A DNA stretch of 33,556 nucleotides from Candidatus Portnoybacteria bacterium RBG_19FT_COMBO_36_7 (GCA_001819495.1 MHMW01000030.1:1-33556), one strand, 5' to 3'. Shown: positions 1-9,179, counted from the first letter of the stretch. Numbers and translations are program-made. The notes: generated by a model from the letters alone, not told the origin.

Positions 1-2
1 AC

Positions 3-197
3 GAATCAACGCACCGGATATTAAAAACATTAAATCAATTAAGAGAAATTTTGCCGGAACGAAAAATAGTTGTTTGTCGTGAGCTGACCAAGCAATTTGA
101 ATCGATTTACCGCGGAAGCGCCGAAGAAATTTTGAAAATTTTGGAAAGCGATAAAAATAATCAAAAAGGGGAATTCGTAATAGTTTTTGGAAAATAA
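3..197 (+). CDS. rsmI: 16S rRNA (cytidine-2'-O)-methyltransferase RsmI, 3' end only (gene starts before the window)
   Basis: Manual translation of frame 3: ESTHRILKTL...VVCRELTKQFESIYRG...KGEFVIV*, matching the RsmI C-terminal ES-HR, RELTK-E-RG and KGEF motifs. rsmI-metG-tatD is a known gene neighbourhood. Confidence 0.85.
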   Translation, partial: ESTHRILKTLNQLREILPERKIVVCRELTKQFESIYRGSAEEILKILESDKNNQKGEFVIVFGK

Positions 198-228
198 AAA
201 ATGGCTGAGAACGTTTCCCAGCCATTTA
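198..228. terminator. Probable bidirectional intrinsic terminator
   Basis: Stem AAATGGCTG (199-207) / CAGCCATTT (219-227) between convergent genes. Confidence 0.6.
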
Positions 229-246
229 GAGAAAATGATGAGTACA

Positions 247-576
247 CTATTTGAGCTTTTGGATAGCGAGGATTCTTGGCAATTTGTTATGGTCAAGAAA
301 TGCTATATATATTTCGTCATTTTGGGTCGTATAGATAATAAAGCTATTTGCAGAATAAAGATCAGCAGAAATTTTCGGGTCTGTTTCTTTTATTCTTAAG
401 AGTGAGCCTGCGCCACCAAAGGAATCCGATTTTACCCAGGCAAAAAAGACTTCTTTTTTGAAATTGGGAATTTGTTTTACAGTGCCGATAATTGCTTCTT
501 TGGTCGGAGTACTTCCGCATCCATAAAATTCAACAGACACAATCAAAACTATACAAAGTAAAAAGAACTTTTTCAT
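247..576 (-). CDS. Hypothetical exported protein with lipoprotein-like signal peptide
   Basis: Start trimmed to MKKFFLLCIVLIVSVEFYGC (basic N-terminus, hydrophobic core, GC lipobox-like end); GGGAGG SD 5 nt upstream. Confidence 0.65.
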   Translation of the reverse strand: MKKFFLLCIVLIVSVEFYGCGSTPTKEAIIGTVKQIPNFKKEVFFAWVKSDSFGGAGSLLRIKETDPKISADLYSANSFIIYTTQNDEIYIAFLDHNKLPRILAIQKLK

Positions 577-643
577 AACGTCCTCCCTGTTCGTTATTCC
601 GTTAGAATTCACGGTTAAATCAATATAATATAGACAATAAAAA

Positions 644-2047
644 ATGTCAAATAAATTTTATATCACCACCCCAATCTATTACGTCAATGACCGCCCTCAT
701 ATCGGCCATGCTTACACAACTGTGGCAGCCGATGTTTTGGCGCGCTGGCATAAAAGTCGCGGAGAAAAAACTTTCTTTTTGACCGGTACTGACGAACATG
801 GCATAAAAGTGGCGCAGGCGGCCGACAAAAACGGAAAGGATGTGAAAGATTTTGTTGACGCAAACGCGCAAACCTTCAAAGACGCCTGGCAAAAATTAAA
901 TGTGCAGTATGATAATTTTTTACGCACGACAGATACCAAACACATAAAAGCGGTGCAGGCGGCGGTCCAGGCGCTATACGATAAAGGTTTTATTTACAAA
1001 GGCGAATATGAAGGCCTATATTGTGTCAGCTGCGAACAGTACAAATTTGAGGATGATCTGGTTGACGGCAAATGCCGGGAGCACAATGAAAAGCCGGTTT
1101 TAATGAAAGAAGAAAGCTATTTTTTCAAACTTTCGCAATTTGAAAAAATTTTGGAGCAAAAAATCTCTTCGGACGAGCTGAAAATCTTACCGCCGGAGCG
1201 CAAAAATGAGATTTTGAGCTTTTTGAAAAGCGGACTGAAAGACATTTCTATTTCGCGTAAAAACGTCAAATGGGGGATTCCCCTGCCGTTTGAGACAAGC
1301 CAGACCATATATGTCTGGGTGGATGCTTTTTTGAACTATTTGACAGGTCTTGGCTGGCAAGGCAAGGCCGGAGAGGCACCGGAATTTTTTCCGCCCGAAG
1401 TTCAATTGATGTCAAAGGATATTTTACGGGTGCACGCCACTATTTGGGCGGCATTGCTGCTGGCGCTGGAATTGCCTTTGCCCAGACAAATCTATGTGCA
1501 TGGCTATTTCACGATCGGGAGCCAGAAAATGTCCAAATCTTTGGGTAATGTCATCTGGCCGGAAATATTGGTTGAAAAATTTGGCGTTGACGGAGTACGG
1601 TATCTTTTGATGTCTTCGTTGGCCTGGGGACAGGATGGCGACGTGACAATGGAAAGATTTGTAGAAAAATACAATGCTGATCTAGCAAATGGACTGGGAA
1701 ATTTAATTTCGCGGGTCGTAACGCTTAATTCAAAATTCAAAATTCAAAATTCAAAATTGCAATCCAAAATTAAAAATTTTGATAAGCTAATAAATGAATT
1801 AAGATTTAAGGAAGTCCTGGAAGGAATATGGAATTATGTCGCCTGGGCTAACAAATATATTGAGGATAAAAAATTATGGGAGCTGGTGAAAAATAAGCCG
1901 GAAGAAGGCAAAAAAACATTAGCTGAACTTTTAAGCTTAATCTTCGAAATAGGCGAAGCCCTGGAACCGTTTCTGCCCGAAACATCGCAAAAAATAAAAG
2001 AAATTTTAGCTAGCGGAAAAAGCGAGCCGCTTTTCCCCCGTGTTTAA
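644..2047 (+). CDS. metG: Methionyl-tRNA synthetase, short form without C-terminal tRNA-binding domain
   Basis: FYITTPIYYVN, HIGH, GTDEHG, Cys knuckle, YVWVDA and KMSKS motifs. Confidence 0.98.
   Translation: MSNKFYITTPIYYVNDRPHIGHAYTTVAADVLARWHKSRGEKTFFLTGTDEHGIKVAQAADKNGKDVKDFVDANAQTFKDAWQKLNVQYDNFLRTTDTKHIKAVQAAVQALYDKGFIYKGEYEGLYCVSCEQYKFEDDLVDGKCREHNEKPVLMKEESYFFKLSQFEKILEQKISSDELKILPPERKNEILSFLKSGLKDISISRKNVKWGIPLPFETSQTIYVWVDAFLNYLTGLGWQGKAGEAPEFFPPEVQLMSKDILRVHATIWAALLLALELPLPRQIYVHGYFTIGSQKMSKSLGNVIWPEILVEKFGVDGVRYLLMSSLAWGQDGDVTMERFVEKYNADLANGLGNLISRVVTLNSKFKIQNSKLQSKIKNFDKLINELRFKEVLEGIWNYVAWANKYIEDKKLWELVKNKPEEGKKTLAELLSLIFEIGEALEPFLPETSQKIKEILASGKSEPLFPRV
1727..1780 (+). repeat. 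Heptamer tandem array (AATTCAA x4 plus degenerate units) in-frame in metG
   Basis: Four exact AATTCAA units at 1727-1754, then AATTGC, AATCCAA, AATTAAA; encodes NSKFKIQNSKLQSKIKNF. Confidence 0.85.
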
Positions 2048-2050
2048 AAA

Positions 2051-2710
2051 ATGGAAATAACAATTTCGGAAAATTTAAGAGATAGGCATAAGAACGTCCA
2101 GCTGGCAATGCTCATTATAAGAGACGCGCAGAACAAGGAATTTGACGAGCGGCTGGAAAAAGAAAAAAGAGTTATTGAGCAGTATATCAGGGAAACTTAT
2201 AAGGCAGGAATTGAAAATGTAGGCCTTCTTAAAAAATACAACGATTATTATTTTGAGTTCAATGAAAATTATCCGGTTAAGAAACAAATGAAATCAATTT
2301 TGGAAGGAAAAGAAATTCCTAATATCCTGTGTCTGGTTGACGCGATGTATATGACGGAATTAAAATACGGGTGCCTTGCTGCCGGGCATGATTTGGATGC
2401 GATACAGGGAAATTTGACTTTAGATATTGCTCAAGAAGGGGAGATTTATATAAAAATAAACGATGAAGAACAGGAAGTCAAAAAAGACGATATAGTGATG
2501 CGCGATAACAGCGGAATTATTGCCAGCGTTCTTTTCGGCCCGGATAACCGGACAAAAATAATTCCGATCTCAAAAAATATAATCTATATCGCCTATTTTC
2601 CGTTCTTGGTGCGCAGGAGCGAGAAAATTACGATAATAGCCGATCTGGCCAGGCTTTTGCGAATCTGCGAAGGCCCTCACGCCAAGATAGAAAGAATGGG
2701 ATTTTATTAG
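2051..2710 (+). CDS. Stand-alone B3/B4 (PheRS-beta editing-like) domain protein
   Basis: LVDAMYMTELKYG, AGHDLDAIQG and DDIVMRDNSGII...GP...RTKI segments resemble B3/B4 family proteins; recognised by eye. Confidence 0.75.
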   Translation: MEITISENLRDRHKNVQLAMLIIRDAQNKEFDERLEKEKRVIEQYIRETYKAGIENVGLLKKYNDYYFEFNENYPVKKQMKSILEGKEIPNILCLVDAMYMTELKYGCLAAGHDLDAIQGNLTLDIAQEGEIYIKINDEEQEVKKDDIVMRDNSGIIASVLFGPDNRTKIIPISKNIIYIAYFPFLVRRSEKITIIADLARLLRICEGPHAKIERMGFY

Positions 2711-2721
2711 TTCATATATTT

Positions 2722-3558
2722 ATGTTAATAGACACTCACGCACACGTTAATTTTATTGCTTTTAAAGACGATGGAGACGAAGTGATAAAAATGGCTCTGG
2801 CTTCGGATGTCTGGATGATAAATGTCGGTTCACAATACGACACCAGCCGTCGAGCAGTGCAATATGCCCAGAAATACAAGCAGGGCGTTTATGCTTCAGT
2901 TGCCCTGCACCCTTTTCATCTGAAAGGAAAAAAAATAACAGCGCAGGCAGATCCAAATGAGGTAATTGAATTTGAAACACAGGAAGAAAAATTTGATTAT
3001 CAAAAATATAAAGAATTAGCTTGCCAGCTAAAAGTGGTGGCAATCGGCGAGACCGGCCTGGATTATTATCATCTGGATAAAGGCGAGGAAGAACGCCAGA
3101 AAGTTCTGCAAAAAGAAAGTTTTCTGGGACACTTACAATTGGCTAGGGAGCTGGAAAAACCTTTGATAGTTCATTGCCGCGAAGCCCACACAGATGTTCT
3201 GGCTATTCTAAAAGACTATACGGCCGGGAAGGAAAATGGGTTAGAGGGGACAATCCATTCTTTTTCAGGCAGATGGAGTCAGGCCGAGCAGTATTTGGCG
3301 ATGGGATTTTATCTGAGCTTCAACGGCATTATCACTTTTACGCGCGATTACGATAAGGTGATTAAAAATATGCCGCTGGAACGTTTATTGATAGAGACAG
3401 ATTGTCCTTATTTGGCTCCTGTTCCTTATCGTGGTAAACGCAACGAACCGCTGTTCGTAAAATATGTAGCGGAAAAAATAGCGGAGACAAGAGGAGTTAA
3501 TTTTGAGGAAATAGCAGAGATTACGACTAATAACGCAAAAAAACTATTCAAAATTTGA
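2722..3558 (+). CDS. tatD: TatD family nuclease
   Basis: MLIDTHAH, HP, IGETGLDYY, HCREA, HSF and ETDCPYLAP motifs. Confidence 0.95.
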   Translation: MLIDTHAHVNFIAFKDDGDEVIKMALASDVWMINVGSQYDTSRRAVQYAQKYKQGVYASVALHPFHLKGKKITAQADPNEVIEFETQEEKFDYQKYKELACQLKVVAIGETGLDYYHLDKGEEERQKVLQKESFLGHLQLARELEKPLIVHCREAHTDVLAILKDYTAGKENGLEGTIHSFSGRWSQAEQYLAMGFYLSFNGIITFTRDYDKVIKNMPLERLLIETDCPYLAPVPYRGKRNEPLFVKYVAEKIAETRGVNFEEIAEITTNNAKKLFKI

Positions 3559-3594
3559 CCAGTGACCATTAACCAGTTGCTAGCCGCTATTTAT

Positions 3595-4059
3595 ATGTTA
3601 GATATCAAAAAACACAACGAACCAATTTTAAGAAAAAGGGCGCATGAAGTGCCAGAAGTTGATGATGAGGTCAGAAAACTTATCGCTTTTATGGTGCAGG
3701 CAATGTATCAGAATCATGGCGCTGGCCTGGCGGCCAACCAGATCGGCCTGGACCTGCGCATTGCGGTTATTGATGTGGGGCGAGGCTTAAAAATTCTTGT
3801 CAATCCAAAAATTATCAAGAGCGATGGCGCAACTTATGAAGAGGAAGGATGCTTGAGCATTCCGGGATTATTTTTAAAAATAAAGCGGCCAAAATACATT
3901 GAGGTTGAGGCGTTGGACAGATATGGCCGGCCGATAAAAATAAAAGTCCAGGATCTGGAAGCCCGGGCAATCTGCCAGGAAATAGACCATCTGGACGGAA
4001 AATTGATAATTGATTATATGGGTTTTTGGCAGAAATTAAGATACAAATTAGGAATTTAG
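3595..4059 (+). CDS. def: Peptide deformylase (third motif reads QEIDH instead of HExDH)
   Basis: GAGLAANQIG and EEGCLS motifs; start trimmed to ATG at 3595. Confidence 0.9.
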   Translation: MLDIKKHNEPILRKRAHEVPEVDDEVRKLIAFMVQAMYQNHGAGLAANQIGLDLRIAVIDVGRGLKILVNPKIIKSDGATYEEEGCLSIPGLFLKIKRPKYIEVEALDRYGRPIKIKVQDLEARAICQEIDHLDGKLIIDYMGFWQKLRYKLGI

Positions 4060-4865
4060 ATTAGTCCAAAAAGAATAACTATTCCCAAAGCGACAAGGAT
4101 AACTCCGGCGATCAGATGAAGCAGCCGGATTTTATTTTTGCGCCAATCCTCTGCTTTTTCGGGAGATAAGCCCCAATACATCGCAAAAACCACAACAAGC
4201 ATCGGCAGGACAAAAATAAGGTTATATAGAATAAGATAAAAGACGGCTGAGGTAAATGTGATTTTTGTCGCCAGCATTCCCAAGATGACGGCATAAGGCC
4301 CGGAAGTGCAGGGAAGCAGGAACAGGCTAACCAGCAACCCTATCAGGAAAGCGCCAATCGGGTTGGTCACGCTTTTTATCAGCGATTTCATTTTTGGCCG
4401 CCAGCTCTGCGGCACTTCCATTAAAAATCCGCCGCCGCCGTACCAAAAATAATCTTTAATATTTAAAAGGCCGATGATAATTGCCAAGATTCCGACAATT
4501 TTGTAAAAAGTTCCTGTGAAAGAAAGAGTGTATTGGCGGATAAGAGACAATAGTCCGATGCCCATCAAAAAGTAGGCGATAAATATGGCTGCGGAAAAAG
4601 CCAGACCAGTGAAGAGCGCTTTTTTGCGGTTATTTTCATCAACCAGCATTGAAGCCATTAGCAGGATAAGGATTGCAAATTCGCAGGGATTAATTGCGTC
4701 AACTGCCGCGCCGCAAACAACGGCCCAGGTAGTTAAATTCAGCGACTGCAGGCCGGTTTTGCAGATTCCTTCTTGAGCTTGAGAATTTTGAGGCAACAAA
4801 AAAGCAGCTGAAATCAGCGCAAAAATTAAAACAATTTTTATCAAGGAAAAATTATGTTTTAACAT
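4056..4865 (-). CDS. CcdA/DsbD-type thiol-disulfide membrane transporter domain protein
   Basis: Multi-pass hydrophobic protein with the two redox Cys motifs DAINPC and LPCTSGPY; signal-like N-terminus and no thioredoxin domain. Confidence 0.8.
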   Translation of the reverse strand: MLKHNFSLIKIVLIFALISAAFLLPQNSQAQEGICKTGLQSLNLTTWAVVCGAAVDAINPCEFAILILLMASMLVDENNRKKALFTGLAFSAAIFIAYFLMGIGLLSLIRQYTLSFTGTFYKIVGILAIIIGLLNIKDYFWYGGGGFLMEVPQSWRPKMKSLIKSVTNPIGAFLIGLLVSLFLLPCTSGPYAVILGMLATKITFTSAVFYLILYNLIFVLPMLVVVFAMYWGLSPEKAEDWRKNKIRLLHLIAGVILVALGIVILFGLI

Positions 4866-4900
4866 ATCAAAATAAGCCTATCATAATTAATAAAATCAGT

Positions 4901-4929
4901 AAACCCCCGTCTATTTATTAAGACGGGGG
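4901..4929 (-). terminator. Intrinsic terminator
   Basis: CCCCCGTCT / AGACGGGGG stem followed on the minus strand by T-rich sequence, directly after the stop of 4930..5421. Confidence 0.7.
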
Positions 4930-5421
4930 CTAAATGGAGGTTTGCTGCAGTTTGAATTTGACAGAGAGCTCGGCCAAAACATTTTTCTTGTCATGAGCCA
5001 GGAGAGCGGCTTTAATTTCGCCGTGTGTTCCTGAGGGAGCGTCAGAAGATCGGGCGGTACCTCCTGTTTTTTGGGCAAAAACAGGAAGCTGGAGAAAATT
5101 TCTGATAGGCACTGTTTTTCGTATTTTGACCCTGATGTCAAAGCCTAAAAATATAAATTTTTGTAAAGAAAACTTTGAACGGATGGCGAATTCAGAAATT
5201 TCCAGAAGGGCCTGCGTTATCTCGCTGGCCAGCAAGATTGATTGGCCGGGATGATGGTGTGTGTCTTCTTTGAAGTGAGCAAGCCCTTCTGCTTTTTCGC
5301 CCGGCAAAAAAGTATTAATTTTTATCAGATGCCGGGTTTGAGGCAAAATTTCTTTCAGATGGTGTTTGCTGGGCGCGAACTTATAATGATGATGGCCTGT
5401 TTCCGTGATCAATGCTCTCAC
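4930..5421 (-). CDS. Hypothetical protein, possible divergent hotdog fold
   Basis: GTG start preceded by AAAGGGG and followed by its own terminator. HF...HHPG..L..E..QA weakly recalls FabZ/AfsA-type hotdog proteins. Confidence 0.55.
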   Translation of the reverse strand: MRALITETGHHHYKFAPSKHHLKEILPQTRHLIKINTFLPGEKAEGLAHFKEDTHHHPGQSILLASEITQALLEISEFAIRSKFSLQKFIFLGFDIRVKIRKTVPIRNFLQLPVFAQKTGGTARSSDAPSGTHGEIKAALLAHDKKNVLAELSVKFKLQQTSI

Positions 5422-5507
5422 CCCCTTTAATTTTAAATTTTAAAGCAACTTTTCTCATAATATCGCGATTGCCAAAAAGGCGTCAAGTGTGATAGATTAA
5501 AGATATT

Positions 5508-7943
5508 ATGGAGCATTACGATCATGAAAAAATAGAGAAAAAATGGCAGAAATACTGGGAAGAACACCTTGAACTTTTTGCGGCTGACGATGAAAGCGAT
5601 AGCGAGAAGCAGTATATTTTAGACATGTTTCCGTACCCTTCGGCTGACGGCTTGCATGCCGGCCATGTTGAGAGCTATTCGGCAACCGACATAATCTCGC
5701 GCTATCTGCGCCTGCGCGGCAAAAACGTTATTCATCCGCAGGGCTGGGACGCTTTTGGTCTGCCGGCGGAAAACTTTGCCATAAAAACAAAGACTCATCC
5801 TTCTCTTACCACTCAAAAATCAATTGCTACTTTCAAGCGCCAGATGAAAATACTCGGTCTCTCTTATGACTGGTCGCGGGAAGTTGATTCTTCAAGCCGC
5901 GAATATTACAAATGGACGCAGTGGTTTTTCCTCCTGCTTTATAAAAACGGTTTGGCCTATCGGGGCAAGGGGAAAGTCAATTGGTGCCTTAAATGTCAGA
6001 CGGTTTTGGCCAACGAACAGGCAGAAGGCGGGGTTTGTGATAGATGCGATACACAAGTTTTCCAGAAAGACCTGGAACAGTGGTTTTTTAAGATTACTGA
6101 TTTTATTGAAAAAAAAGACAAAACGAGAGGGTTGCTTGGCGGTCTTGATGATATTGACTGGCCAGAACACACCAAAGCGGCGCAGAAAAACTGGATAGGG
6201 AAGTCAGAGGGAGCAGAATTTGAAATGGAAATCAAAAATAGCAATTTGAAGATAGAAGTATTTACTACCAGATTAGATACTGTCTTTGGTATGACTTTTG
6301 CCTTGATCGCGCCGGAACACGAATTGGTGCAAAAACTAAAGCAGCAGATTGCTAACTGGGACGAAGTTGAAAAATATATTGAGCAGGCCAGTAAAAAATC
6401 TGAACTGCAGAGAATTGCGGAGGAAAAAGAAAAAACCGGAGTTGAGCTGGAAGGCATAAAAATCATCAACCCTTTTACTAAAAAAGAAATCCCGCTTTTT
6501 ACTTCGGATTTTGTCTTGGGGCATTACGGCAAGGGTGCGGTCATGGCTGTGCCCGGCCATGACTGCAGAGATTACGCTTTTGCCAAAAAATTCGGTTTGC
6601 CTATCGCAGAAGTTATCAAAAGTAAAGACGGTAAGTCATCGATAGAAAAAGAAGCATTTGTAGATGACGGCATATTGTCTAATTCGCGCGAATATGACCA
6701 TATGACATCGGAAGAGGCGAGAAAGAGGTTAGCAGAATGGCTTGAGAAAAATAAAATTGGCAGAAAAACCGTAAATTATAAAATCCGCGACTGGCTGGTG
6801 AGCCGCCAGCGCTACTGGGGCGCGCCAATCCCGATAATCTATTGCGATGCTTGCGGGACAGTTCCGGTTCCCGAAGAAGATCTGCCGGTTTTGCTGCCCG
6901 ACGACGTTAATTTTATGCCGCATGGCGAATCCCCTCTTGCTGGTTCAAAAAAATTCCAGGATGTTAAATGTCCAAAATGCGGAGCCAAAGCCAGAAGAGA
7001 ATCAGATACGATGGACACTTTTGTCTGTTCAAGCTGGTATTATTTCCGTTATGCTGACCCGCACAATAAAAAAGAATTTGCGGCTAAGGACAAAATAAAA
7101 AAATGGCTGCCGGTAGATCTTTATGTTGGCGGAGCGGAACACACAGTTTTACACCTTCTTTATTCGCGATTTTTTACCAAAGTCTTGCACAATCTTGAGC
7201 TGATTGATTTTGATGAACCGTTCTTGAAGCTTCGGCACCAGGGAACAGTTTTGGCTGAAGACGGCCGAAAGATGTCAAAATCTCTGGGGAATGTTATTAA
7301 TCCCGATGATGTTGTCGCCAAATATGGCGCTGATGCTCTGCGGATGTTTGAGATGTTTATGGGTCCGCTGGAGGATATGAAAAAATGGGATACAAAAGGG
7401 ATTATAGGAATTTATAGATTTTTGGATAAGGTATGGAAGATAAAATCCAAAGTTCAAATTTCAAATATCAAATCAAATCCAGAATCAAAAATCCGAACCT
7501 TTCTGCATAAAACTATTAAAAAAGTCACCGAAGACATAGAAAAATTACGATTTAATACGGCAATTAGTGCTTTAATGATTTTCTTAAACGAGGCAGAAAA
7601 AGAACAAATACCGCAGGAATTTTTTGAGAAATTTTTAATTCTGCTTTCTCCGTTTGCCCCGCATATGGCGGAGGAATTATGGAGTCAGCTCGGGCATAAA
7701 AAAAGCGTATTCACGGAGAAATGGCCCGAATATGACAAAGATATTGTCAAAGACGAAATGATAGAATTAGTAATTCAGATTAACGGCAAATTGCGTGACA
7801 AAATTTCAGTACCTGCGGATATTTCCGAAGACGATGCCAAATCACAGGCGCTGGCCAGCGAAAAAATAAAAACATTTTTGGCCGGTCAGGAGCCCAAGAA
7901 AGTTTTTTTTGTGAAGGGAAGATTAATGAATATAGTAATCTGA
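5508..7943 (+). CDS. leuS: Leucyl-tRNA synthetase
   Basis: LDMFPYPS, HAGH, GWDAFGLPAEN, CP1 editing domain (FTTR, G.GAVMAVPGHD), SRQRYWG and KMSKS motifs. Confidence 0.99.
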   Translation: MEHYDHEKIEKKWQKYWEEHLELFAADDESDSEKQYILDMFPYPSADGLHAGHVESYSATDIISRYLRLRGKNVIHPQGWDAFGLPAENFAIKTKTHPSLTTQKSIATFKRQMKILGLSYDWSREVDSSSREYYKWTQWFFLLLYKNGLAYRGKGKVNWCLKCQTVLANEQAEGGVCDRCDTQVFQKDLEQWFFKITDFIEKKDKTRGLLGGLDDIDWPEHTKAAQKNWIGKSEGAEFEMEIKNSNLKIEVFTTRLDTVFGMTFALIAPEHELVQKLKQQIANWDEVEKYIEQASKKSELQRIAEEKEKTGVELEGIKIINPFTKKEIPLFTSDFVLGHYGKGAVMAVPGHDCRDYAFAKKFGLPIAEVIKSKDGKSSIEKEAFVDDGILSNSREYDHMTSEEARKRLAEWLEKNKIGRKTVNYKIRDWLVSRQRYWGAPIPIIYCDACGTVPVPEEDLPVLLPDDVNFMPHGESPLAGSKKFQDVKCPKCGAKARRESDTMDTFVCSSWYYFRYADPHNKKEFAAKDKIKKWLPVDLYVGGAEHTVLHLLYSRFFTKVLHNLELIDFDEPFLKLRHQGTVLAEDGRKMSKSLGNVINPDDVVAKYGADALRMFEMFMGPLEDMKKWDTKGIIGIYRFLDKVWKIKSKVQISNIKSNPESKIRTFLHKTIKKVTEDIEKLRFNTAISALMIFLNEAEKEQIPQEFFEKFLILLSPFAPHMAEELWSQLGHKKSVFTEKWPEYDKDIVKDEMIELVIQINGKLRDKISVPADISEDDAKSQALASEKIKTFLAGQEPKKVFFVKGRLMNIVI
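7443..7497 (+). repeat. Degenerate heptamer array in-frame in leuS
   Basis: AATCCAA AGTTCAA ATTTCAA ATATCAA ATCAA ATCCAGA ATCAAAA ATCCGAA; encodes KSKVQISNIKSNPESKIR. Confidence 0.7.
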
Positions 7944-7945
7944 TA

Positions 7946-8590
7946 ATGAATATCATCAAAGTTGATCCCGAAAACATGAGAGCTTCGCTATACGGCCTGC
8001 AAAAAGCGGCCGAATTAATTTTGCGTGGCGGGGTTGTTGTTGTGCCGACTGACACAGTTTACGGCTTGGCGGCTGACGCTACCAATCCTCAGGCAGTGGC
8101 AAAACTTTTCAGAATGAAAAAAAGAGCGAAAACAAAGCCGGTGCCCCTGATTATCCGCAACATGGAAATGGCAAAAGAGCTTGCCTATATTGATAAACGG
8201 CTTGAAAAGATTTTGGGGTTTCTTTGGCCCGGCGCCATCACCATAATTTTGCAAAAAAGAGCCGAATTGCCCGAACTGGTCACGGCCGGCAAGCGGACCG
8301 TTGGCCTGCGCCTGCCCGATTACAAACTTCTTTACTATCTGCTTGAAGTTATCGGCCGGCCGCTGACAGCGACCTCAGCCAATATTTCTGGAGAAGCGCC
8401 GTCAATTGATGCCGAAAAAGTCGTAGAGCAATTCCGAAAAGAATTTTCTAGGCCGGATCTGGTGCTTGACGCGGGTAAATTAAAGTTTTCCCAGCCATCA
8501 ACCGTTCTTGATCTGGCCACGCCAGAACCAAAAATCATCAGGATCGGGCCGGTTAATCCCAGGAAGCTAATGGAAATTCTCTCGATATAA
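7946..8590 (+). CDS. tsaC: L-threonylcarbamoyladenylate synthase (YrdC/Sua5 catalytic domain)
   Basis: VPTDTVYGL, K.R...KP, WPGAITIIL and TATSANISG motifs. Confidence 0.95.
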   Translation: MNIIKVDPENMRASLYGLQKAAELILRGGVVVVPTDTVYGLAADATNPQAVAKLFRMKKRAKTKPVPLIIRNMEMAKELAYIDKRLEKILGFLWPGAITIILQKRAELPELVTAGKRTVGLRLPDYKLLYYLLEVIGRPLTATSANISGEAPSIDAEKVVEQFRKEFSRPDLVLDAGKLKFSQPSTVLDLATPEPKIIRIGPVNPRKLMEILSI

Positions 8591-8593
8591 TTT

Positions 8594-9112
8594 ATGGACT
8601 ATCAATTTTTTCAATTGATAAACAGTTTGGCCGGACATTATAAATGGCTGGATTGTATCGGTATTTTTTTAGCGAGTTATTCGCAGTATTTTTTGGGCGC
8701 GGGAGTTATAGTTTGGATGCTGGCAAAAGACAGGCTGAATTTTTGGAAAAATTTTAAGATTACTGCCTATTTTTTTGCCGTGGCGGTTGTTTCTCGTTTT
8801 GTATTAGGAGAAATAATTAAGCGGCTGGTGGCCAGACCCCGGCCATTTGAATTGCATCAGGTAACGCAATTATTTGATGAAAACCTGCGGACCTCTTTTC
8901 CTTCCGGCCACGCCACTTTTTTCTTCGCTTTTTCAACGGCGGTTTATCTTTATAACAAAAAAGCGGGTATTGTCTGTTATATCGTCAGCTTCTTAATGGG
9001 TTTGTCGCGCATATACGCGGGCGTGCATTATCCTTTAGATGTTTTAGGCGGAATGGCTTTGGGAATTTTGGTGGGATGGGGGATGTATAAACTATTTTTC
9101 AAAAAAATTTAA
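8594..9112 (+). CDS. PAP2-family membrane phosphatase (undecaprenyl-pyrophosphate phosphatase-like)
   Basis: K.....RPRP, SFPSGH and SRIYAGVHYPLDV motifs. Confidence 0.92.
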   Translation: MDYQFFQLINSLAGHYKWLDCIGIFLASYSQYFLGAGVIVWMLAKDRLNFWKNFKITAYFFAVAVVSRFVLGEIIKRLVARPRPFELHQVTQLFDENLRTSFPSGHATFFFAFSTAVYLYNKKAGIVCYIVSFLMGLSRIYAGVHYPLDVLGGMALGILVGWGMYKLFFKKI

Positions 9113-9151
9113 TGCGATAATTATTTGGTTATCGTACGTTTTTGCAGATAA

Positions 9152-9179
9152 AAAAGAGGCGTCAAATAACGTCTCTTTT
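9152..9179. terminator. Bidirectional intrinsic terminator
   Basis: AAAAGAGGCGT / ACGTCTCTTTT stem between the PAP2 gene and the convergent tRNA. Confidence 0.7.

Noticed and set aside
4930-5421. IS200/IS605 or RAYT HUH transposase call for the His-rich ORF
   Set aside because: No H-hydrophobic-H motif in the expected context, no catalytic Tyr helix pattern and no flanking IS-end hairpins.
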